64,000 nt of DNA from a virus (taxonomy: Duplodnaviria > Caudoviricetes), in the IMG/VR virus record IMGVR_UViG_3300037400_002947, positions 32,001-96,000 of that record. One strand, given 5' to 3'. Below are positions 12,901 through 20,138 of the stretch, piece by piece. Both the position numbers and the translations under genes were made by a program. The first letter of the stretch is position 1, and each line of letters begins with the position of its first letter. The notes beneath the pieces were generated by a model that was given only the letters and a program-made list of their open reading frames with translations, was not told the DNA's origin and did no database searches.

Positions 12901-14311
12901 GTTTGAAAAAGTCGGTTGAAAAGCTTTCTCTATTTCTTAATTTATTTCTTGCCGTTTCTAATGTGTCGGTTTTATCCAGAATTGAGTCAAGTTCATTTTG
13001 CTTATTTGTAATAAACTCTGAAAACTCTTCTCTTGTAACTTTTAGCCGATTCATTATATTTGAATAATCGGTATAAACATGCTCTATTTGTTCTTCTAAA
13101 CTCAAGTTATTATAGCCAGTAACCTGATCAATATTTCTAAAATTCCTCGAAAATACAAGCTGATTAATTGTAGCAGATAAATCATTAAGGCGGGTAAGTT
13201 CGCCAGTGCTAATTGCATTGTACATATTTTGCACTTTACCCAAATCGGTCATATACAGTCTTTTGGGTTTTCCGTTTCCACCACCGCCTAATGTGCCACC
13301 CCAGTTACCGTCAAGTAAATCATTTAACATTTGTGTAAAATATAAGCCACTACCGAGAGATATGTTTTCACCTATCATATCTCCCATATTGTCTGGAATT
13401 ACATACTCGCTAGATTTTACAACACTGTCTGAAATATCTCCGAGGTGCCAATTGGGAAATTCCATTTTTTCGGCAAGTTCGGTTATTTTCGCCACAAGAG
13501 AATCAAAATCTTTTTCTGCATCATATATCTCTTCGTGTAGACCGTCAAATATTCTTACCTTAGATATACTCTCTAATGATTCTGAGGTCTCTCCAATGCC
13601 TTCATCGACAGTAGCTAAAGATTTTGAAACCGTCTCAGCTGTTTTAGAAATGGTGTTATCAATACCCTTGCCGTCGTTGGAAAGCTTTTTTAAAATTTCA
13701 GAAACGCTGTCTTTGTTTGTTTCTAATTTATTTTTTTTGTTTTCTAATTCAGTGAAATAATCATAATTTTCAGTATATGATTTCTGAAGACTCTTTTTAA
13801 ATTTATCCTGAATATCTTCTAATTTATCTGCGACATTATTCCCTAAATCCTTGCCATATTCTTCAGAGAATGAATTTGATATATTCTTGAGATGTTTAAA
13901 TTTTTCAAATAACACCGACTCATCGATGCCGTCTTTAAAACCTTGATTTATTTCGTCTATGCCAGTTTGGACATAATTTGTTAATGGATTTTTTCCTGCA
14001 ATATTAGCTTCATCAAACGCCTTGCCTAGTACCGATGCTATGTCGTTTATTTCACTATCAATGTTTTTGTATAATGCAGAAAAGATTAGATGTTGTAATT
14101 GCTTCTCAAGGGTTTTGTCTCCTCCAACAACATTTCTGATTCCATCAATAATGTCATCTGATAAATCAGCAAAATTTAAATCAAAATTTAGACCAATTCG
14201 ATTGTTTTCTATATTTTCCGCAACTTGATTAATATACTTTTCTGCATCTTTGGCGGTTTTTATTACTTGTTTATTTTCGCCCAAAATTCGAACTATAAAG
14301 TCTTTAATCAT
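941..14311 (-). CDS. Tape measure protein, ~4008 aa, split by a group I intron: join(14311..4669, 3324..941)
   Basis: TP901-type TMP core (ALTELKKVS..LGSTITDVINSTADWARLGYS..NEVANNFA) at ~9.0-9.95 kb; splicing gives ...TEW-Y-EKALAC in frame (12027 nt = 4009 codons); C-terminal PG-binding (~1560-1740) and SH3b (~1310-1485) domains after a Ser/Thr linker. Confidence 0.9.
3325..4668 (-). mobile_element. Group I intron (1344 nt) in the tape measure gene
   Basis: P AAUUGCUGGAAA (4615-4626), Q AAUCAGCAG (4525-4533), R GUUCAACGACUA (4492-4503), S AAGAUAUAGUCU (3392-3403); P1 GGU|AU pairs with AUGCC giving U.G at the splice site; terminal G at 3325. Confidence 0.92.
3404..4402 (-). CDS. Intron-encoded homing endonuclease, Zn-ribbon repeats plus Vsr-like/EDxHD nuclease domain
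   Basis: Several CxxC motifs; C-terminal LPFDFYLP..IIEFDGMQHF..HD..K..IPILRIPYW; lies between intron R and S elements; start either TTG 4384 or ATT 4402. Confidence 0.85.
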   Translation of the reverse strand: MFDENQLVTVKWHNSNITRLKALGYKFTHFGDEVQIKAKDLSEYSRTAVSVKCDYCYKEYSTLYGTVARAVARGEKCACSNCAPKKANELRNERQSNLYKKQLDSICNKKGYKLLFPTNCTLKSSTTISYVCPIHGVRNITVDNMIHEHGCYYCGRKSVGDKLRLSSDQVKKTVDSINGNTLLNPDDYTGTHVRNLRIRCSCGNEFHTSFYNYTKKGVNKCKSCSMATSRGEKLISDCLNSISIPFIREYKFDDCRDKRKLPFDFYLPNENKIIEFDGMQHFEEVNNRNHAMTVKHDTIKNNYCKEHNIPILRIPYWEGGNIEQLVKDFIYG

Positions 14312-14330
14312 CTTTTATATCACCCCAATA

Positions 14331-14355
14331 AAAAAAGACCGCTATGCGGTCTTTT
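14331..14355 (-). terminator. Rho-independent terminator-like hairpin
   Basis: AAAAGACCGC-ATA-GCGGTCTTTT followed by further Ts on the minus strand. Confidence 0.65.
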
Positions 14356-14377
14356 ACGAATGTGTTAAGTGCTTTGT

Positions 14378-14695
14378 TTACTTACAATATCTTTTACAGA
14401 TATTTATACGCTCAGACATTAAATCGGCGCGGTATATAGAATATGTGTGTTTATTATCTGAAATTCTACTTGGTATTCCGCCGGTGTAAGAAACTACCTT
14501 AAAGGATTCAACCTGTTCTACTTCACATTTATTATTTTTTATGATTTCGTTTGCCGGAAATTCATTAATCATATCATTCGTAAAAACAGAATTATAATAA
14601 CCATCTGGCAACAACATTATTGTATGATTATTTTTTACGCTAACATATCTTTTTATACCATCGCTACAATTTACAGCTATTCTATAATAATTCAT
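14378..14695 (-). CDS. Hypothetical protein (AT-rich, moron-like)
   Basis: 105-aa ORF with GGGGA RBS, followed by a terminator. Confidence 0.6.
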   Translation of the reverse strand: MNYYRIAVNCSDGIKRYVSVKNNHTIMLLPDGYYNSVFTNDMINEFPANEIIKNNKCEVEQVESFKVVSYTGGIPSRISDNKHTYSIYRADLMSERINICKRYCK

Positions 14696-14710
14696 TATAT
14701 CCCCCTATAA

Positions 14711-15292
14711 TTATAATTGATATTTTTCCCATTCTTTTTCTAATAACGTAGGAACAGTCTTTGCAATTTCGTTGTATTTTGTTTTCAGTATCTTTTCTGG
14801 AGAAGGTTTCATTTGTTTAGGCGCTTTATAAGCACCAACGTGGTAACGTTCATCTTTGTTTTTACCATAATTATAACTCATAATTTCGCTCTTTGTATAC
14901 CCGTGTATACCGCTTGAAAATGATCTTTCAAAAATTTCAGCCTTAACAGGAATAAGACCGTGGGGGGGTCTTTTAATATACGGATCACCGGGTATAAACA
15001 TGGCATCGACAAATATTCCTGCGGTATAACAGTTCGTTTTTTCCTGTTTGTAATATGTTTCAAACCCTCCAACGCCCATCACACCCTTAAATAAGCTGTA
15101 TGTTCTTCTATAACTACTTAGCCCTTTTTTATTTTTTGAACGTGATTTAAGAGGATAGTCTTTATAGAATTTCTGAATTGAAGTTTTGTACGCTTCGCCG
15201 AGTTTTATACCAACATCATTCGCAACATGTTTTATCATTTGGTTGGTTGTTATAACAAGATTTTCAACATTTAAATCTATTTTCTTAGCCAT
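14711..15292 (-). CDS. Hypothetical tail-region protein
   Basis: ORF; start moved to MAKKIDL after GGAGA RBS. Confidence 0.6.
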   Translation of the reverse strand: MAKKIDLNVENLVITTNQMIKHVANDVGIKLGEAYKTSIQKFYKDYPLKSRSKNKKGLSSYRRTYSLFKGVMGVGGFETYYKQEKTNCYTAGIFVDAMFIPGDPYIKRPPHGLIPVKAEIFERSFSSGIHGYTKSEIMSYNYGKNKDERYHVGAYKAPKQMKPSPEKILKTKYNEIAKTVPTLLEKEWEKYQL

Positions 15293-15314
15293 ATTTTCAT
15301 TATCTCCAAAAACA

Positions 15315-15347
15315 AAAAAAAGCGCCCTCGCATAAAGCAAGGACGCC
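15315..15347 (-). terminator. Terminator-like hairpin after the tRNA-Ser locus
   Basis: GGCGTCCTTGC-TTTAT-GCGAGGGCGC followed by a T-run. Confidence 0.6.
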
Positions 15348-15511
15348 TCATAAAAAATCAAATTCAGTATCCAGTTGCTTTAAGCAATGTTATAATTAAT
15401 AAGTAACCCCTAGACATTCCTGATAGGATTATCAATTAATAATAACATTGCTTTAAATAGTTCTGTAGCTAACACAGAACAAAGAGGTCGCGTTGCAGCG
15501 CCGCCTCTTAA

Positions 15512-15596
15512 CGCGGCATAGAGGATTCGAACCTCTGCGCCGTTTCCGACGTCTGGTTTTCAAGACCAGTGCCTTCGACCGCTCGGCCAATGCCGC
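15512..15596 (-). tRNA. tRNA-Ser (UGA)
   Basis: Acceptor GCGGCAT/ATGCCGC, anticodon stem CTGGT/ACCAG with loop CTTGAAA, long variable arm, GGTTCGAATCC T-arm, G73; CCA not encoded. Confidence 0.92.
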
Positions 15597-15641
15597 AAAC
15601 ACTCGGATCGCCATATTAATTACGACCCAAGCCCATCACTT

Positions 15642-16133
15642 TTATTGTTCGGTATGTTGTTCGGCCATTGAGGCAATGACCTCTCCAAGAACTGCTTCGA
15701 GAGACGCCAACTTCATCTCGAAAAACGACGTTAAGTCTCGTGTGTTACTAATCTCATCATCGAGGCTCATATTGACAATCGTTTGAAACTCATCAACGTC
15801 TTTTCCGACGGCTGCGAGAATATACTCAACGACGCCAGCTTCATTAAGAATATCGAATTCGTCGGTGACTTCTTCTGTATTTATTTCAATGTCCGTATAA
15901 TACTGAATCACGGTTACAATAAAAAGAAGATAACGAGTAGGAGAGGAGACTTTAAACATCTCTGTTCCGTCGTCGTTTTTAGCATATGTAGACGACCTCA
16001 CAATTCGTGCGGCGTTGCTCATTTTCATTGCATATGGCATATAAGTCTCCTTAACGTGTTTGGAAACAAACCGCTGTTTGTCGGTCGATTTTTCAAATTG
16101 CTCTGCAAAATTCTTAACTTTCATCTTATTCAT
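15642..16133 (-). CDS. Hypothetical protein, possible tail assembly chaperone
   Basis: Acidic helical ORF between tail tube and TMP. Confidence 0.5.
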   Translation of the reverse strand: MNKMKVKNFAEQFEKSTDKQRFVSKHVKETYMPYAMKMSNAARIVRSSTYAKNDDGTEMFKVSSPTRYLLFIVTVIQYYTDIEINTEEVTDEFDILNEAGVVEYILAAVGKDVDEFQTIVNMSLDDEISNTRDLTSFFEMKLASLEAVLGEVIASMAEQHTEQ

Positions 16134-16603
16134 TCTCCATATCTATTTACCATTGCGTCGCCAATACAAATTGAATCAGCAACATCATCATTAACTTCAA
16201 CGTTATATTTTTCTTTAACATATTCTACGCTTGCAGCCTTTAACTCGGCGCGTTTCTTCTTGCCTTGCTCTAATCCACAATATTTGCGCCAGACAGACGG
16301 CGGAATTTCCTCGTAATAGGAATTATTGCGAATACACCAACCGCGAACAATTCCAAGAATCTCAGACAGCTTGCGAACGAGTTCAACATTTCTACCATCG
16401 CCACGGGGAGACTCGATATAAACAGCGGCGGGAGACCAGTCATCAAGATGGTGCAGCATTTCTTTACCCATCATGCTTATCCGAACGTCTGTTTCTTCCT
16501 TGCTGTTAGACAGGTCGACGAGCGTAAAGTTGTGTAATACACCGTCCACAAAAAGTGTCATTCCAGTTTTCTTGGTTGACGAATCAATTGATACCATTCT
16601 CAT
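16130..16603 (-). CDS. RuvC-like Holliday junction resolvase
   Basis: SIDSSTKKTG, VYIE, PPSVWRK and DDVADSICIG RNase H-fold motifs. Confidence 0.8.
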   Translation of the reverse strand: MRMVSIDSSTKKTGMTLFVDGVLHNFTLVDLSNSKEETDVRISMMGKEMLHHLDDWSPAAVYIESPRGDGRNVELVRKLSEILGIVRGWCIRNNSYYEEIPPSVWRKYCGLEQGKKKRAELKAASVEYVKEKYNVEVNDDVADSICIGDAMVNRYGE

Positions 16604-16608
16604 TTTGG

Positions 16609-16878
16609 TTATTCCTCATCATCAAGAAAGCTGTATGTCAAATCAAACGGGACAATCTCATACACCGTCAAATCTTCAGGGTTGTGTTCCCTATATTGTT
16701 GGTACAATACTTCAGCAGATATTTTATTTAAAGTTTTGCTTGCCTTACGAATGTCGTCTGTCAGATAAAAGTTATTCTTTTTTATAGGGTCGAGAGTTAA
16801 AAACATTGGCAGTCCATTTATTGGGGTTGCCAATGCATAGCGCGTCTCGCTTGCAACTTCAATTTTTCTCATTGTCAT
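16609..16878 (-). CDS. Hypothetical protein
   Basis: Tightly packed ORF in the operon. Confidence 0.6.
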   Translation of the reverse strand: MTMRKIEVASETRYALATPINGLPMFLTLDPIKKNNFYLTDDIRKASKTLNKISAEVLYQQYREHNPEDLTVYEIVPFDLTYSFLDDEE

Positions 16879-16881
16879 CCC

Positions 16882-17112
16882 TCATTTCAACATATGTTTG
16901 CACCAGAGATCGTATAACTCGGTGGTATCTTTCCTATTAAAAATGTACACAAGCAGTGGCTCATCAGTCCTAAAATCTTTACCAGGATATATATCAAGCA
17001 ACTCAGCGCCATGAGACATATACGCCGCCGACTGCTTATAATTAATAATACGCACCACCTCAGAAGGATTATACGACTTGCCTGTAGTGGCGCTCATTAT
17101 CGTGTCTTTCAT
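16882..17112 (-). CDS. Small conserved phage protein (DUF5659-like)
   Basis: I.NYKQ..AY...G..L.D.Y....LVYIF...T..LY..W pattern; GGAGGAG RBS. Confidence 0.55.
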   Translation of the reverse strand: MKDTIMSATTGKSYNPSEVVRIINYKQSAAYMSHGAELLDIYPGKDFRTDEPLLVYIFNRKDTTELYDLWCKHMLK

Positions 17113-17202
17113 TATTCTCCTCCAAATATATGAGAGCAAAAAAAGGGGCATGATTACAAGTAATAGCAATCATACCCCTTAGGTAAAAAATCAAATTCAC
17201 TA

Positions 17203-17508
17203 TTACTTTTTATTATTATTGTTGTTCTTTTTTTCTTCAACCGCAGGTTTTGTGAAAAGTTCGCGCACAATCTTTTTAAATCCGGCATCCTGAACAATCG
17301 ATTTTGTCGGATCGAGATGCGAGAGCTTAGACCTTGCCTGATCAGCGGAAATCTGTTCCGCCTTATATGCATTAAGGACGCCATAGATATCCTTACACGT
17401 TTTTGTATCAAACAGGAATTTCCAACGCGGTTCGTTGTCATATGCGGAACAGTTAGGGCAATATTCATAAGCCTTGCCGCAAATGACACATGTTCTTTCA
17501 TTTCTCAT
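17203..17508 (-). CDS. Zn-ribbon hypothetical protein
   Basis: CVICGKAYEYCPNC; AGGAG RBS; terminator hairpin at ~17135-17180. Confidence 0.7.
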   Translation of the reverse strand: MRNERTCVICGKAYEYCPNCSAYDNEPRWKFLFDTKTCKDIYGVLNAYKAEQISADQARSKLSHLDPTKSIVQDAGFKKIVRELFTKPAVEEKKNNNNNKK

Positions 17509-17570
17509 TGGTTTCTCCTATTGACGGGGCAAGCACCGTTAAAGCGCTTGCCCAGATTGTTAAGCTTCTA

Positions 17571-18692
17571 TTAAGCAGTTTCCTCTTCATCGTCAGCGCA
17601 GACATAAATCTCATAGAGGACTTTGTCGGTACCGCAGTAAGAGGTCTGAAGACGTCCGGTAAAGTCGATGGTGGAGTCAGTGGACAGACCAATCGACAGC
17701 TCCGGAGACGGCTGGAAGTTCGGCAGCACCACATAGGCCGCGCGGACAATATCACTTTCGCAGGGCAGTTTGTTATCGTATGGCTTTTTATCCATACTTC
17801 TACATCATTACAATGTAGTTCAGCATATCTTTTTATCATGAGATTCTGCATCTCATTCCATCCGATAGCGATGACTCGTGGGAAGATTATATTCTGATAC
17901 ATCTCAATATCAGTTTCACTTCCTATGCGTTGTGCGTGTCACAATTATTACATTGAGACTTCCGCTCTGATTGCCGTTGCAAACGGTTTTCCAGATTTTT
18001 TCATCACTAATAATCCATGGCTACATGATGGATTCACCATGGACGACCCGCAGTATAATTACGCATTTATTACATTATGCTGCTTGATCGACGATGAGGA
18101 CTTTAAGCGTAAGCTTAACAGATTTCGGGAACGCATCAGATCTGTTAACAATCTTGACGCCGTTCTCGGTAACGTTACGGTCATACTTAATAATCCACTT
18201 CGTGTCGCCAGTACGAGCAGTAATTCTCATAGTAGACGGATTAGATCCACTTCCGGCAGTAACCGTGTATTCACTTGCGGAATACTTGTCGCCAAGCGTA
18301 CCATTCGCTTCAACCGCATTAACAACGATGTGCGCTTCTGCGCCGTCATCATTGATGCCCGGGAGCGAGATGCCAGTTGTCTTAGCGACCATAAGGATAC
18401 GCGGCATAGAAATAGCGGCAGAAACAGACGCATACTGCGCGTCCGTACCACTCATTGCACCGATAATCGGAAGGTTGATTGTAGAGTTAGTCGCCGTGAA
18501 CTCGCCAGTCTTAGCGCGGTAGAACGTCTTGATGACAGCGCCTGTACCGTCAACGGCTTCCTGCGTATCGGCAGTAATATCAATAGTTGCTTCCTGAAGG
18601 TTGGTCAGAGTATAGAGCAGTTCGCCCCTAGAGTTCTCAGCCACACCAGTAACGATTCTATCAACAATCAGGTCACCCAGTTTAAAGGCCAT
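17571..18692 (-). CDS. Major tail (tube) protein, 266 aa, split by an intron: join(18692..18087, 17765..17571)
   Basis: Splicing joins ...KVLIVD to PCESDIVRAAYVVLPNFQPSPE in frame; position between neck genes and TMP. Confidence 0.8.
17766..18086 (-). mobile_element. ORF-less group I intron (321 nt) in the tail tube gene
   Basis: P1 CGAU| pairs with GUCG (U.G); AAAUCUGGAAA and AAUCAGAGC P/Q elements; P7 CAACGCAUA / AAGAUAUGCUG; terminal G at 17766; removal restores the frame. Confidence 0.88.
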
Positions 18693-18721
18693 AACTATTT
18701 TTCTCCTTTTCTTAGAAATAA

Positions 18722-19549
18722 TTAATTTAACGCTCGCATAAAATCAAATTGTTCTTTTGGAACTTTTGAAACATCGCAGAATCCTGAGTTCGCTCCAGTA
18801 AGCAGTGCACGAGTCGACTCATATACCTGAAGTCTCTTTACGCTGTCCATGAATTCGTTTATCCTAATCTCGCGAAGTTCACGAGATTTGTATTTAAATC
18901 CAGGATGGTTAACGCATGCCGATATAAGCGGTTGCAACATCGAAACTGGCTTGCCACCATTTTCTTTTTCGGCTTGCGCTATTTTATTGCGCTCCTCTTC
19001 AATTAAGAGTTCCTTGCTTGTTTTGCCGACTGTGTACTCTGCTTTCGGGAAAATCTGGACCATCTCACGCATCACCGACACAAGTGTGTAATAAACATCT
19101 GCTGAGATCTCGATGTCCTGCTCTTTGTTATAAAAAGACCATGACTTCTCAAATGCTTCAAACAGCTTCTTACGCTTTTCGGTCGCCGTTGGTTTTTTGC
19201 CGTCTTTTGGCGGTTCTTCTTCAGGCGGCTCATAACCAGTCGGTATGAGTTCAAATCCCTCAAAATTAATGTCGCCAAAAAGAATGCGTGTTTTTTCGAT
19301 TGGCAACATTCGAACAAGATTACAAAAGAGTTCGTAATCGCTTACCTTGTTCCAATCGACGCCAATTTCCCAAAGAAATAATCTGCGATATGTACTATTA
19401 CCAATAAACATATACAGTACGGCCCAGAATTCATTCTCGCCGTACTGTATAATTTCATCTATGCTAGGTTGATATAAAGTAATTTTATCAGTGATTGGAT
19501 ATGGATCTCCGAAATAGATTTTTAAAAGATCGACTGAATTACCACTCAT
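18722..19549 (-). CDS. Conserved tail-region protein
   Basis: 275-aa ORF in the structural operon. Confidence 0.65.
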   Translation of the reverse strand: MSGNSVDLLKIYFGDPYPITDKITLYQPSIDEIIQYGENEFWAVLYMFIGNSTYRRLFLWEIGVDWNKVSDYELFCNLVRMLPIEKTRILFGDINFEGFELIPTGYEPPEEEPPKDGKKPTATEKRKKLFEAFEKSWSFYNKEQDIEISADVYYTLVSVMREMVQIFPKAEYTVGKTSKELLIEEERNKIAQAEKENGGKPVSMLQPLISACVNHPGFKYKSRELREIRINEFMDSVKRLQVYESTRALLTGANSGFCDVSKVPKEQFDFMRALN

Positions 19550-20138
19550 GAGAATTGTTCATCATGCCATGCCGGAAGTTGTTGGTATTTGTTGCACGTA
19601 TTAGAAATCTAATAGTGCGAGAGTAATACTTTGTATCCGTAATACCAAACTCGTCGGAATACAGCTTCATACTTATTCCTGCTTTATTGCTCCAGCACAG
19701 CAAATCCTTAACAATATATGCCAGAAGGTCAATGCGATCAATTCCATATTCAGTATCCATATCATCCTCGTGAACAAGGCACATCACAGTGAGATACTGA
19801 TTTTTTATCATCTCACTCGTATACGATGGACGCTCGTCACCTATGTCAAACATCACAAAATTCACAACTTCCTTTTGGATGTCGTTAACTTTCAGAAACG
19901 ATAGTATCTGCGGATGAGACACTTTCTCGTTGTACTCTAATATCCGCGCTCGTTCTTTTAATTCATCCTCTGTCGGGTTCGACTTATCCGCAAACTTATT
20001 AAGCGGAAGAGGAGCTTGCTGTCCGAGTACTTCTTTTAAATCTGGATCAGCATTTAATATTTCTTTTATCTTTTGCTTCTTATAAATAATGTCATTGTTC
20101 TTGACGTCGTCAAGAATCCTTTGTATGTCGATGCTCAT
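19539..20138 (-). CDS. Putative tail terminator/neck protein
   Basis: Position upstream of tail tube; RIDLLAYIV motif. Confidence 0.55.
   Translation of the reverse strand: MSIDIQRILDDVKNNDIIYKKQKIKEILNADPDLKEVLGQQAPLPLNKFADKSNPTEDELKERARILEYNEKVSHPQILSFLKVNDIQKEVVNFVMFDIGDERPSYTSEMIKNQYLTVMCLVHEDDMDTEYGIDRIDLLAYIVKDLLCWSNKAGISMKLYSDEFGITDTKYYSRTIRFLIRATNTNNFRHGMMNNSHEW

Noticed and set aside
15440-15511. HDV-like (theta) ribozyme behind the tRNA
   Set aside because: Only simple hairpins; no nested double-pseudoknot pattern found by eye
17498-17902. 134-aa and 74-aa minus-strand ORFs as separate genes or an intron endonuclease
   Set aside because: They start inside the intron core and have no nuclease motifs; the 74-aa frame is exon 2 of the tail tube gene
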